From NCBI GenBank assembly GCA_951406725.2, contig OX597828.1:18786001-18850000 (forward strand): 64,000 nucleotides of DNA, read 5' to 3'. A model generated the notes under the pieces. The model was not told where the DNA came from and did no database searches. It worked only from the letters and a program-made list of their open reading frames with translations. Below are positions 37,865-51,231 of this stretch, piece after piece. The stretch comes from Octopus vulgaris. Taxonomy: Eukaryota. A program made the translations under genes and the position numbers. How positions within the stretch are numbered: the stretch's first letter is position 1; each line of letters begins with the position of its first letter.

Positions 37865-40497
37865 TTAAACCAGAATATTGAATATCATCATCATCATCAT
37901 CATCATAATATCATTGTTTTAATGTCCAGTTATCCATGCTTGCTTGGATAGGTCAGATGAGGTTTACTGAGGCAAATTTTTCTATGGACAGATGCCCTTC
38001 AAGTTACCAGCCGTCACTTGTTTCCAATCAAGATAATATATCGCCATGACCCAAAATGTTGTGGGGGGGGCGGTAAAATATGGGAAACGGATAACACATT
38101 CTATGATAGTGACGACTAGTAATAGCCGTAAGGTGGCAAGCTGGCAGAAACGTTATCACACCGGGCAAAATGCTTAGAGGTATTTCATCTGTCTTTACAC
38201 TCTGATTTTAAATTCTGCCGAGGTCGACTTTGCCTTTCATTCTTTCGGAGTCGACAAATTATGTACCAGTTGATCTAATAAACTGGCTCCTTCCCCAAAA
38301 AATTTCAAGTCTTGTGTCTAGAAAAGAAAAGATTATTAGCAGTCGTTAAGCAATATCAAGATAAAGAAACAAAAAAACATACATTCACCACACATAAATG
38401 TACATGTTAGCATATAGGTGCAAGTGTGGCTGTGTGGTAAGAAGTTAGGTTCTAGGTTCAGTCCTACTGTGTGGCATGTTGGATGCCGACCAAATCCTTG
38501 AGAGTAGATTTGGTAGACAGAAATTGAAAGGAGGCCATCATGTGTGTATGTGTGTGTATGTATCCCGTATTGATAGATAGCAAAATCCTATGAAAGTACT
38601 GGCTAGTTACCTATACAAATAATGTTGATCATTATAGTTAATACTCAACTGCAAGGTAACAATAAATACCATGGTTTATATATGGTTATAACAGTCAAGA
38701 TTATTTCAGATATCTTCATTTCAAAAATCATCTCTGGCTAATCCTTGAGAAGATGTTGGTGTTGCCTTGGCTGGGATTTGCACTCTCTGGGTGCTCTTGT
38801 CATTATTATCATCATTAAGATGGTGAGCTGGAAGAAAATTACCACACCAAACAAAATGCTTAGCTGTATTTTGTCCATCTTCATGTTCTGAGTTAAAATT
38901 CCACCAAGGAGGGCGATAAATTAAGTACCAGTCAAGTACTGGGGTCGATGTGACTGACTGACCCCTCCCCTACAATTACAGGCCTTGTGCCTATAGCAGA
39001 AAGGATTCATAATTATTAGCATGCTGAGCAAAATGCTTAACAGCATTCCATTCTAAGTTCCAGCTCTGCCAAGGTCAACTTTGCCTTCCATCTTTACAGG
39101 GTTGTGGAAATAAAGTACCAGTTAAGCACTGGGGTCAATGTAATCGACTTATCCCCTTCCCTGAACTTGCTCGCCTTGTACCAAAATTTAAAACTATTAT
39201 TATTATTATTATTATCAAAAACAAAGTAAAAATAGGCCCAATATATGTTGGGCCTATTATACTGGTAATGATGATGATGATGATAATGATGATGATAATG
39301 ATGATGATGATGATTACCAAAGAATGTGTTTTCCATTCCTTAAAGAAGCCTCTTTGAATCAGAAGAAACTGAAATAGTTTTCTCTCCTCAAAGAACACTA
39401 ACATACCTCAATGTTTTTAGGATATGTCTTTGAGTGTGTGAGAGAGGGAGAGAGAGAGAGAGATCATTGTATTAATAATACAGAGAATTATCAAAACAGA
39501 CCTACATTAATCTGCTTGAAAGCTAGTGAATATATTTTTACCAACTAAATTTAGTTGGGACAAAAAAAAAAAAAAAGAAGAAAAAAAAACATACAAAATC
39601 TTTTACAAACATTCAGGTGTTTAAAAAATACTTCTTCTACGATTTCTTCTTTTCTTTTTTAAAGAGATTTGTTGGGAAAAACTTACGGATCAAATAAAAT
39701 AGAAACTTTTGCAGGAAGGAAACAAAAAAACAAAACCCAGCCTATTTTCAAGCACACAGTAGGTATATAAACCATTTTTATGTCATCTATTTTTCCGTTT
39801 TTAGACGATTTAGGCAAAAAAAAAAAAAAGAAAAGAAAGAGCGCAAAAAGAATAAGTAATATACAATCGCACAGGTATATATATTAAAATTCTTTTGTAA
39901 AACTATTTGCAAACACAAGCTCATGATGGCATATACACACATATATATATATATATGTACATATATTGGTTAATCTTTAAGTTTGTGGATTAAGTATATC
40001 TGCTGTGTCTGATTTTTTTTTTTTTTTTTTTTTGGTGATTTCCATTTGATCATATATTAAAAAGGAATTCAAACATGCTTTTGTGACAGTTTTGATCTAC
40101 ATTATATATATATACATACTGTGTGGTAAGTAGCTTGCTTACTAACCGCATGGTTTCCAGTTCAGTCCCACTGCGTGGCACCTTGGACAAGTGTCTTCTA
40201 CTATAGCCTCGAGCTGACCAAAGTCTTGTGAGTGGATTTGGTAGACAGAAACTGAAAGAAGCCCATCGTATATATGTGTGTATATATATATATATATGTA
40301 TGTGTGTGTATATGTTTGTCATGAAAACCAAAATGTTTGTGTCTGTGTTTGTCCCTCCCAACATTGCTTGACAACCAAAGCTGGTGTGTTAACATCCCCG
40401 TAATTTAGCAGTTCGGCAAAAGAAACCAATAGAATACAGTGGAAATGCCAAAGCAGACATTCAAGTTCAATGGCAGCTGAATCTCACTCAAATTATA

Positions 40498-42033
40498 AAC
40501 TGAACCGCCAAAGAAACGTTTGAAAAAAAAATCAATTGTCACTTTTATACAGTAAATTCTGAAAATTTATTTCAGTGATGGAAGAGTAAATATTCAAAGA
40601 CATAATGGTTTATGGCTGAGACTCAAATTGCAGATAACCTTTCAGCATTCACTGAAACAAGATGCCAAAATGCAATTGTGTTGAATGCCATGGGTGGCAG
40701 TCGCAAACAATTGTCATGAAAACCAAAATGTACATGCATCTCATGGAGGTTATGGGTATAAAAATTAACTTGAACTGCATTCCTGGCATTTGTAATTTGG
40801 ATGCATCAGGTATGACCCAATTGACAGCAGTGCAGAGAGAACAACCTATCAGCCAATTGCAAGCAGAACTGTGTGTGCCCTGGTTGTTGCAAAAGCTTAC
40901 AATGTCCATGTCAGCACCATCTATCGCCAGCAACAGGAATACAACACCAACAGCACTGTAGACCATGCCCGCAGAGGGCATCTCTGGGTGACCACACCCA
41001 TATAAGACCGCTTTATCCACCTGCAACACCTCTGTGATCGCTTCAGACTGGCCAGTATTGCAGCTCATGAGACCATTAGCGCTGGACAGCGATCCATCAG
41101 CGACAACACGGTATGACATCGACTGGCCACCAACAACTTGCGTTAGCCTTCATTCTGCTCAAAAGCCTGTCCTCACTGCCCACCACTGTCAGGCACGTCT
41201 ACAGTGGGCTACACAGTACCAACATTGGTGGGATCAACAATAGAAGTCTATAATCTTCTCTATTGAGAACCGATACAGCATTTCCACATTGGATAGCAGA
41301 GTGAGGGTGTAGCGTAGGAGGAGTGAATGCTACAGAGACGCATGTGTCATGGAGAGGGACGTGGGGTGGCCAAAGCATCATGGTTTAGGGTGCTATAGGC
41401 CTAAATCAGAGAATTGAACCCGGTGTTCCAAAATGTTGGTGCAGGCAGAGGGAATGGTATCACAGTGCAGCGCTACATTGACCAGATACTAAGACCTCAC
41501 GTTGTGCCCTTCTTCACACGTTACCACAGCCACATGTTCCAGAAGGATAATGCTCCCTCCCACACAGCCAGGGTCACCATACACTTCCTGCATCAGCACA
41601 ACATCAGAACCATGCCATGGCCAGCTCTTAGCCAGGATTTGAACCCAATTGAACACCTGTGGGATGAAATCCAGAGATGGCTGAACCAAGTGGTCCCAAG
41701 ACTGACAACTCATGTGGAAATGGAGGCAGCTTTTCTCAGGGTGTGGGCACAGGTGCCAATGGCTTTTGTGAATCACCTCATACACTCCATGTACCAACAG
41801 TGTATAGCTGTTTTGAACACCCAGGGAGGGCATACAGGGTATTGAACATGTCACTCCCTACAATCTCAATGTGATGGAACTACACTTCCAGAACACGTAA
41901 CAGCAACCCACAGACTGTTCAAAGTGTATCCAAGAAATTGACTTTATCAGATTTATCAAAATTTATCTGACATAATGAAATTAAAACATATTTCACAGTC
42001 ACATACATCTTGCATTTCTTTTGCAGTTCAGTG
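40498..42033 (+). mobile_element. Full-length degenerate Tc1 transposon (~1.54 kb)
   Basis: TIRs AACTGAACCGCCAAAGAAACG and (reverse complement) CACTGAACTGCAAAAGAAATG (17/21 match), TA flanks, internal transposase. Confidence 0.85.
40812..41845 (+). pseudogene. Tc1-family transposase pseudogene (D34E)
   Basis: Starts MTQLTAVQREQPISQLQA; contains KPVLTAHHCQARLQWA and YIDQILRPHVVPF...FQKDNAPSHTA...WPALSQDLNPIEHLWDEI...GGHTGY* with 34 residues between D and E; multiple frameshifts and stops in the 5' two-thirds. Confidence 0.92.
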
Positions 42034-42639
42034 TATCCTGTTTTCTAGTATACTCTATACTCTGTATAGTGGTTGCCATCAGGAAGACATCCATTGATAA
42101 AAACCAAATCAGACAGACATCGGAGCTCAACAGCAACCAAATCTTGTGCAAATTACAACCTGCTTCCTAGTAGACTCTGTTCTGTAAAATAGTTGGCACC
42201 GGGATGGGTATACAGCTGTAGAAACCATGAGAGCTGGCAGCATTAAAAGGTGGCGAGCTGGTGGCATTAAAAGGCAGCAAGCTGGCAGAAGAGTTAGAAC
42301 ACCGGGTGAAATGCTTTGCGGTATTTCGTCTGCCGTTACGGTCTGAGTTCTCCGCCGAGGTCGACTTTGCCTTTCATCCTTTTGGGGTCGATAAAAGAAG
42401 TACCAGTTTCGAACTGGGGTTGATGTAATCGACTTAATCCCTTTGTCAGTCCGTGTTTGTCCCCTCTATGTTTAGCCCCTTGTGGGCAATAAAGAAATAA
42501 GAAACCATACCAAAACAGACAAAGGAGCTGGAGCGATCCTCTGGCTTAACAGCTCTAGTCGAACTGCCTAACCCATGCCAACTTGAAAAACAGATGTTAA
42601 ATGGTGTTGATGATCTTCGTAAGTGTATATATATATATA

Positions 42640-42949
42640 TCACGTCACACGTGATCACGTGACCGACCAGGCTATCAGATGTTGCTACACATCGCTGGTC
42701 ACAATGCGCTTTGCATTGTTTTAGCCTTCAAATGACACCACCCCGCTGGCTAAGCGAGCAGGCCAACAGAAGAAAGAGAGAAAGTTGCGGCGAAAGAGTA
42801 CAGCAGTGATCGCCACCACCCCCTGCCGGAGCCTCGTGGAGCTTTAGGTGTTTTCGCTCAATAAACTCACACAACGCTCGGTCTGGGAATCGAAACCGCG
42901 ATGCTCCGACCGTGAGTCTGCTGCCCTAACCACTGGGCCATTGCACCTC

Positions 42950-42950
<1 letters not shown>
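42640..42950 (-). mobile_element. Family B head with a third distinct tail
   Basis: 42775-42950 matches the B head; 42640-42775 is unrelated to the tails at 928-1140 or 21490-21790 and ends in CACGTG-rich repeats. Confidence 0.7.
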
Positions 42951-42984
<34 letters not shown>

Positions 42985-42987
<3 letters not shown>

Positions 42988-43368
42988 GGAGTGGCTGTGT
43001 GGTAAGTAGCTTGCTAACCAACCACATGGTTCCGGGTTCAGTCCCACTGCACGGCATCTTGGGCAAGTGTCTTCTGCTATAGCCCCGGGCCGACCAATGC
43101 CTTGTGAGTGGATTTGGTAGACAGAAACTGAAAGAAGCCTGTCGTATATATGCATATATATATATATATATGTATGTGTGTCTGTGTTTGTCCCCCTAGC
43201 ATTGCTTGACAACCGATGCTGCTGTGTTTACGTCCCCGTTACTTAGCGGTTCAGCAAAAGAGACTGATAGAATAAGTACTGGGCTTACAAAGAATAAGTC
43301 CCGGGGTTGATTTGCTCGACTAAAGGCGGTGCTCCAGCATGGCCGCAGTCAAATGACTGAAACAAGTA

Positions 43369-43370
<2 letters not shown>
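42985..43370 (+). mobile_element. SINE family A
   Basis: Near-full-length copy. Confidence 0.9.
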
Positions 43371-43400
<30 letters not shown>

Positions 43401-43520
43401 CACACACACACAGGCTGGTAATAAAGTCACTATGCAGTTACTTACAATGACAATTAAGACAAAGCAATTAATTAACAGTCCAGAAATTTATTTTCATGTT
43501 AAATCAAAATAGATGAACAT

Positions 43521-43996
43521 CAATGGAATTTGTATCTTTGTGGTACTAGTGCCAGTGGCACACAAGAAAACCATCCGAACGTGGCCGTAGCCAGTACCGC
43601 ATTGACTGGCCGCCGTGCTGTGGGCACGTAACAAACACCATCCGATCGTGGCCGTTCGCCAGTCTCATCTGGCACTGTGTCAGTGGCACATAAAAACACC
43701 ATCCGAGCATGGCCGTCTGCCAGCCTCATCTGGCACCTGTGTCGGTGGCACATAAAAAACACCATCCGAGCGTGGCCGTTCACCAGCCTCGTCTGGCATC
43801 TGTGTCGGTGGCACATAAAATCACCCACTACACTCTCGGAGTGGTTGGCGTTAGGAAGGGCATCCAGTTATAGAAACACTGCCAGATCTGACTGGCCTGG
43901 TGCAGCCTTCGGGCTCCCCAGACCCCAGTTGAACCGTCCAACCCATGCTAGCATGGAAAACGGACGCTAAATGATGATGATGATGATGATGATGAT
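43521..43996 (+). mobile_element. RTE 3' UTR with ~62-bp internal tandem repeats and (GAT)n tail
   Basis: Repeated TGGCACATAAAAACACCATCCGAGCGTGGCCG units; tail CATGCTAGCATGGAAAACGGACGCTAAATGATGAT. Confidence 0.85.
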
Positions 43997-45010
43997 GTTA
44001 CCAGTACCTTTTCAGAATGAAGTGATGCTCACTTGGCGAGACATGATTAAAAATGACACTTAAGAACAAGCTGACGGGTATAACACATTAAGTTAGACAA
44101 TAGGTTACGTAAACTTCTCTCATTGGTCAGATTAACTTCCGATAAGCTACAATTATAGACCAACTTTGGTGATTTATAAACTAGTTGTGAATTTGTTTCT
44201 GTATCATGTGTTTCTGAGTCATGCTTTGCTTTTATCCTGATTCTGCTTTGTGTGTCAGTGTATCACACTGTGACCTCCTCTCTTACTATTCATTGACACT
44301 CTTACTATTGCTCATGTTGGGGTGAGAGTAACAGTGGACATAGAGACAGTGAGGACGGTGGTGAAGATAGAGAAAGATAGAGAAAGACAGAGAAAGAAAA
44401 GGAAGGAGAGACAAAGAAATTTAGGGAGTGTTGATGTTTTTATTAAAAGTTGTAGTGTTGATGGTGACAGTGGGAGTAATAATAAGAGAGAGAAAGAGGG
44501 ATTAAACATGGAAGTAACCTGCTGAATAACATAATGAACAAACAAACACATTTAGCCTTTTTGTGATGGTAATGGGGTGATAGTAATAGTATGAGCTGTA
44601 GTTGTGATAGAGGTGGAGGTGGCAGTGATGATGGTGGTGTTGGTGGTAGCCGAGGTAGTGAAGGATGAAGTGAGAATCAGGGGTGTGAAAGGTGATGGAG
44701 GGGAAGGCAGCAAAGTCAAAGGTATTGATAGTGGTGGCATCAGAAGTCTGAATGGTGTGTGTATGGCAGATGTGGTGGCAATGGTGGTGGTACTGTTGTT
44801 TATCATGCAGCTTTGCAATAAGTTCAAAGTCAACAAATTACAGTACTGTCTTGATGAAAATTGTTCATTGCTTGAAAAATATTGTTGAAGTTTAATAAAA
44901 TTTGATATGTACTCAATGCATGAATTGTCATTGTTGGACCCAAGGCCCAGTAAAGAGTACTCCATAGGAGCTAGCTTAAAAGTCACCCTATCAGGTAGCT
45001 TTTAAGCTTT

Positions 45011-45059
<49 letters not shown>

Positions 45060-45224
45060 AGACACAGATGCGGGCAGCGGCATCGAACTCCCTTGTTGAC
45101 CAAGTGCCACGTATCAGAGGTGGATTCACATATTAGTGTAGCTCATTCAGCGGTGGTGCCCCAGCATGGCCGCAGCCTTCAGGCTAAAACATTTTTAAGG
45201 ATTTAAGGATATATATATAGTCAG

Positions 45225-45422
45225 GATGCCATGATAGATCGTTAGCTCCTACACGCATTTTTTTCTCTCCTTGTTTTTTTCTGTGTATCTTTCTGTCGAA
45301 GAGCATAGGCTCAAAGCGTAAAAGACTTGTTCTATTTCTATTCCTGAGCGCCATACTAATACATTTGTTTGTTTGTACTCCATCTGCCTTCGTCTTTTGT
45401 TTATTTTCGTAAACCTTCCCGT

Positions 45423-45425
<3 letters not shown>
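45225..45425 (+). mobile_element. Family H2 hammerhead-like repeat copy
   Basis: 45288-45325 TCTTT-CTGTCGA-A-GAGC-ATAG-GCTC-AAAG-CGTA-AAAGA (GAAA mutated). Confidence 0.6.
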
Positions 45426-45468
<43 letters not shown>

Positions 45469-45477
45469 TATATAAGA

Positions 45478-45816
45478 GTAAAGACCCTCTTTGGGCATGA
45501 ATGACCATGGGATTGCACCTAGAAAGTTACCCTCCAAGAAACAAGTCCAAGCAAGTGTTGTTTATGGAAGACCAGTAGTCGCCTATGCATACCAACCTTC
45601 CCCTCTCCAAAGCACCAATGTTATCCAAGGGAAAGGCAAAGGTTGATACAGATTGACACCAGTAACATCACAACTCATTTCTACAGCTGAGTGAACTGGA
45701 GCAAAGTGAAATAAAGAGTCTTGCTCAAGAACACAACACACAGCCTGGTCCAGTAATCGAACTCACTACCTTGTGATTGTGAGCATAACACTGTAACCAC
45801 TGAGCCATGCACCTTC
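45478..45816 (-). mobile_element. SINE family C
   Basis: Reverse complement of 32096-32416. Confidence 0.8.
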
Positions 45817-45834
45817 ATATATATATATATATAT

Positions 45835-46587
45835 GCGCAGGAGTGGCTGTGTGGTAAGTAGCCTGCTTACCAACCTCATGGTTCCAGGTTCAGTCCCACT
45901 GCATGGCATCTTGGGTCAAGTGTCTTCTACTATAGCCTCGAGCTGACCTCAGCCTTGTGAGTGGATTTGGTAGACAGAAACCAGTCATATATATGTATGT
46001 ATATGTATGTATGTATGTATGTATGTATACTCTTTTTACTTGTTTCAGTCATTTGACTTCGGCCATGCTGGAGCACCGCCTTTAATCGAGCAATTCGACC
46101 CTGGCACTTATTCTTTGTAAGCCCAGCACTTATTCTATCGGTCTCTTTTGCCGAACTGCTAAGTGACAGGGACATAAACACACCAGCATTGCTAGGGGGA
46201 CAAACACACAAACACATACACATACATATATATACATATATACGACAGGCTTCTTTCAGTTTCTGTCTACCAAATCCACTCACAAGGCTTTGGTCGGCCT
46301 GAGGCTATAGTAGAAGACACTTGCCCAAGGTGCCACGCAGTGGGACTGAACCTGGAACCATGTGGTTGGTAAACAAGCTACTTACCACACAGCCACTCCT
46401 GCACCTATAAATGAAATTAAGTCGATTACATCAACCCCAGTGCGTAACTGGTACTTAATTTATCGACCCCCAAACGGATGAAAGGCAAAGTCGACCTCGG
46501 CGGAATTTGAACTCAGAACATAACGGCAGACGAAATAAGGTTATGCATTTCGCCTGGCACTCTAACGGTTCTGCCAGCTCGCCGCCC

Positions 46588-46655
<68 letters not shown>

Positions 46656-46865
46656 ATGTTTGTGTGTCTGTGTTTGTCCCCCGCAACATCGCTTGACAAC
46701 CGATGCCGGTGTCTTTACATCCCCATCACTTAGCGGTTCAGCAAGAGAAAGACCAACAAAATAAGTACTAGGCTTACAAAGAATAAGTCCTGCGGTCAAT
46801 TTGCTTGACTAAAGGCTGTGCTCCAGCATGGCCACATTCAAAATGACTGAAACAAATAAAAGAAC
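45835..46865. mobile_element. SINE pile-up: A head (+), full A (-, 46030-46405), D (-, 46415-46587), A tail (+)
   Basis: Direct similarity to the families above. Confidence 0.8.
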
Positions 46866-46876
46866 AAGGAACATAT

Positions 46877-46922
<46 letters not shown>

Positions 46923-47444
46923 ATGTATGTATGTATGTATGTATATATTATTGGTTTCAAGCTTTGTGTGTATGTATACAGAGTTTCATTGAAACAAGAA
47001 AGACAGAATGGTTTTAGCGAAATGAGCTCATGCTTATCAAATGACAAAGTGAGAAATGTTCTTATGTTATAAGTATATATTGTTTTGTGGAAAAACAGCT
47101 GCTGGAGACTTCTTTTGAGAAGTAGTCATGGAAATAGACATATAAAATAAACATACGCACATTGATCGGAATGGTAACAGTATTTCTGTTGAAGAAAATG
47201 ATTCATGAGGCAAGCATCTATTATTTTCAAACAAACATTTTGTTAGAAATTTTATTTTAAAGATTTCAAAACTACAGGAAATGTAGAAATAGAATTTCCT
47301 CCCAATAATAATGATAATAATGACAATAATAATGATGATGATGGTGGTGGTGGTGATGATACTAACAACAATGATGGCAATAATAATAAAATAACGATTT
47401 ATTTTGATAATGATGATGGTGACGATGTATTTGCCAGAGGGGCA

Positions 47445-47945
47445 TATGATGATGATGATGATCATAATCATCATCATTTAACATCCGCTTTCCATACTAG
47501 CATGGGTTGGACGATTTGACTGAGGTCTGGCGAACCAGATGGCTGCAGCAGACTCCAATCTGATCTGGCAGAGTTTCTACGGCTGGATGCCCTTCCTAAC
47601 GCCAACCACTCTGACAGTGTAGTGGGTGCTTTTAGGTGTCACCGGCACGAAGACCAGTCAGGCCGTACTGGCAGCGGCCACGCTCAAATGGTGCTTTTTA
47701 TGTGCCACCTGCACAGGAGCCAGTCCAGCGGCACTGGAAACGACCTCGTTCGAATGTTTTTTCACGTGCTACCAGCACAAGTGCCAGTAAGGCGACGTAG
47801 GTAACGATCACGCTCGAATGGTGCTTTGTTACATGCCATCGGCACAGAGGACAGCTTGTTGCTCTGGCAACGATCACACTCATATGGTACTCTTAGTGCT
47901 CCACTAGCACGGATGCCAGTCATTGAATTTGATTTCAATTTCGAT
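47445..47945 (-). mobile_element. RTE 3' UTR fragment
   Basis: (CAT)n, CTTTCCATACTAGCATGGGTTGG, GGATGCCCTTCCTAACGCCAACC and ~60-bp repeats. Confidence 0.8.
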
Positions 47946-48006
47946 GATGAAGGTGACATTACAAAGAGAGGTTACATATACTATACAAAGAGAGGTTACA
48001 TATACA

Positions 48007-48422
48007 GGTGCAGGCGTGGCTGTGTGGTAAGTAGCTTGCTAACCAACCACATGGTTCCGGGTTCAGTCCCACTGCGTAGCATCTTGGGCAAGTGTCTTCT
48101 GCTATAGCCCCGGGCCGACCAATGCCTTGTGAGTGGATTTGGTAGACGGAAACTGAAAGAAGCCTGTCATATATATATGTATATATATATATAAGTGTGT
48201 GTGTATATGTTTGTGTGTCTGTGTTTGTCCCCCTAGCATTGCTTGATAACCGATGCTGGTGTGTTTACGTCCCCATCACTTAGCAGTTCGGCAAAAGAGA
48301 CCGATAGAATAAGTACTGGGCTTACAAAGAATAAGTCCCGGGGTCGATTTGCTCAACTAAAGGCGGTGCTCCAGCATGGCCGCAGTCAAATGACTGAAAC
48401 AAGTAAAAGAGATAGTAAAGAG
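48007..48422 (+). mobile_element. SINE family A
   Basis: Full-length copy. Confidence 0.9.
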
Positions 48423-48887
48423 TATAGTGTGGGTGTTGGGAGAAGGTTACATAAAATGGAATAAGGAAGGAGAAAAGCTGGAATGATATAAAACTAAATA
48501 CAGATAGCATACAAATGTATGAATACCTGTTGAATATGGTCCTCTTGATACCAAAGGAGCTCCAGCTAGAACCCATCAGAGAACACCACAGACAGAAGAC
48601 CACTGTGACCATTGAGGGCAAATGCCATCTCACAGCAGTTGCTTTTCAAGCCTGCAGGAACAGGCTTAGAATAGTTCCTTCCACTCTTACTGTTTCTGCT
48701 TGTTACCCATCTTTTGACAAATTCACTAGAAGAGAGTACTATCTTGTTCAACCTCACTTGACCTTTCTTTCTTCAAACCAGAAACTATGTTGCAAACCCC
48801 ACAATACAATTCACAATGCAGCTCCATGTCCCTCAAAACTTACACATTTGAAAATCATATAAGTGTAACTGTGTGGTAGGAAACTTG

Positions 48888-50010
48888 CGGCGAGCTGGCA
48901 GAAACATTAGCATGCCGGGTGAAATGCTTAGCGGTATTTCATCTGCCATTACGTTCTGAGTTCAAATTCTGCCGAGGTCAACTTTGTCTTTCATCCTTTC
49001 AGGGTCGATAAATTAAGTACCAGTTACACACTGGGGTCAATGTAATTGATTTAATCCCTTTGTCTGTCCTTGTTTGTCTCCTCTATGTTTAGCCCCTTGT
49101 GGGCAATAAAGAAATATGAAGCTTGCTTCCCAACCACATTGTTCCAGGTTCAGTCGCACTGCAAGGCACCTAGGGCAAGTGTCTTCTACTATAGCCTTGG
49201 GCCGACCAAAGCTTTGTGAGTGGATTTGATAGACAGAAACTGAAAGAAAGTTGTGTGTGTGTGTGTCTCTCTGTGTTTGTGCCCCCCACCCACAATATCA
49301 TTTGACAACTGATGTTGGTGTGTTACGTCCCTGTAACTTACTGGTTCGGCAAAAGAGTCTGATGGAATAAGTACTAGGCTTTGCGAGAGAAATTCGTAGA
49401 CAGAATCTGTGTGGAAACTTACCATATGCGTGTGTGGTTTGTTTACAGCCCTGTAACATAGTAGTTAAGCAAAGAGACTGATAGATTAAATAGTAAAGGG
49501 TAAAAAGGGTAAAGACCCCCATCAGTCATGAATGATTACGAGATTACCCCTACAAAGTTACCCTCTGACGCACAAGTCTGGGCAAGGTTGTTTATGGAAG
49601 AACAGCAGTCGCCCATGCATACCAGCCTCCCCTCTCCCTGCCACTGATGTTGTCCAAGGGAAAGGCTGACACAGCTTGGCACCAATGACATTGCATCTCA
49701 TTTCTACAGCTGAATGAACTGGAACAACATGAAATAAAGTGTCTTGCTCAAGAAAACAACACACAGCCCGGTCCGGGATTCGAACTCAAAACCTCATGAT
49801 TGTGAGCCTGATACTCCAACGGGCAAGGTTGTTTATGAAAGACCAGCAGTCACCCATGCATACAAGCCTCTCCTCTCCGTGCCATCAATGTTGTCCAAGG
49901 GAAAGGCAAAAACTGATACAGCTTGGCACCAGTGACATTACAACTCATTTCTACAGCTGAGCGAACTGGAGCAACATGAAATAAAGAGTCTTGCTCAAGA
50001 ACACAACTCA
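48888..50010. mobile_element. Nested SINEs: D (+), A (+), two C units (-)
   Basis: Direct similarity to the families above. Confidence 0.75.
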
Positions 50011-50744
50011 ACAGATTAAGTAGTATTAGACTTAAATAATAAGATTTGTTTGTCTATACCCTTTAAAGTAGTACTACAGCATGACCACAGTCAAATGGCT
50101 GAGAGACAAGTGAAAGATAAAAGAGATGAAACAAGGAACTTGTAACAAAGAATCAAAGACAATTCCAAGCAGTTTCATATGAAAAGGGTTAAAAATTTTT
50201 TTTAAAAGCAGAATGGTTTTGGTTGGAATGCTTTTGATCATAGCTCTACTCAATTATGGCTGACCTGGAGCTTAACAACAACACAAATACATACTCTTCA
50301 TCTGTAATAAACGCATTCTTACTGTCAAATTTGCCCAAATTCCAGGCCTTGTATAATGTAATTCATTCGGATAATATTGACATATTTAATGTAGAGAGCA
50401 ATTAAAAGCTAATTAGAAATAATTATGTGGGTGGAAAAGATAATATTAATTAGTCATCATCGACTAGAATTATTTTAATTAAGGGTGATAGATTAGTAGG
50501 ATCAATAGACCAGTGGACAAAGCATCTGGTGATATTTAATTAGATTTATTTCATTCTGAGTTCAAATCCTGCTGAGAACAATTTTACCTTTTATAGTTCT
50601 GAGGGTTGATAAAATAATTGCTCATAGTGGTACAGTGCTGTGTGGGAACCAGTATGCCAACAAACAGACCCAATGTTTCCTCAGTCTGTCGTAAAAGTAT
50701 AAGTGAGAGAACAAAATTTGTTCAGGGGCTGAAAAACCATTATT

Positions 50745-51135
50745 TTTCTTTTATTCTTTTACCTGTTTCAGTCATTTGAGTGCAACCATGCTGGAGCACC
50801 ACCTTTAGTCAAACAAATCAACCCCAAAACTTATTCTTTGTAAGCCTAGTCTTTATGCTTTTGCAGAACCACTAAGTTACGGGTACGTAAACACACCAGC
50901 ATTGGTTGTCAAGAGATGGTGAGAAGACAAACACAGACACACAAAATATATATATATATATAGATAGATAGATAGATACGATGGGCTTCTTTCAGTTTCC
51001 ATCTACCATATCCACTCACAATTGGTCAGCCTGAGACTATAGTAGAAGACACTTGCCCAAGGTGTCACACAGTGGGACTGAACCTGGAACCATATAGTTG
51101 GGAAGCAAGCTTCTTACCCACACAGTCATTCCTGC
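50745..51135 (-). mobile_element. SINE family A, older CpG-decayed copy
   Basis: Full length with many CG to TG/CA changes relative to 23122-23530. Confidence 0.85.
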
Positions 51136-51231
51136 GTGATGTCCAAAATTTTTTTATGAACAAATGTTGATTTTTCCAGTCTTAATAACAAAACAGACAC
51201 AAGTATGATAATAGTAATTATTTATTATATT

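Noticed and set aside
44552-44986. Thr/Ile-rich mucin-like ORFs (also 52542-52922 and 53790-53972)
   Set aside because: Degenerate (GGT/GAT)n trinucleotide tracts with no splice or domain support.
48560-48860. 115-aa plus-strand ORF, or a minus-strand L1/Tx1-like C-terminus (VLSSSEFVKRWV)
   Set aside because: Too degenerate to assign; no supporting motifs.
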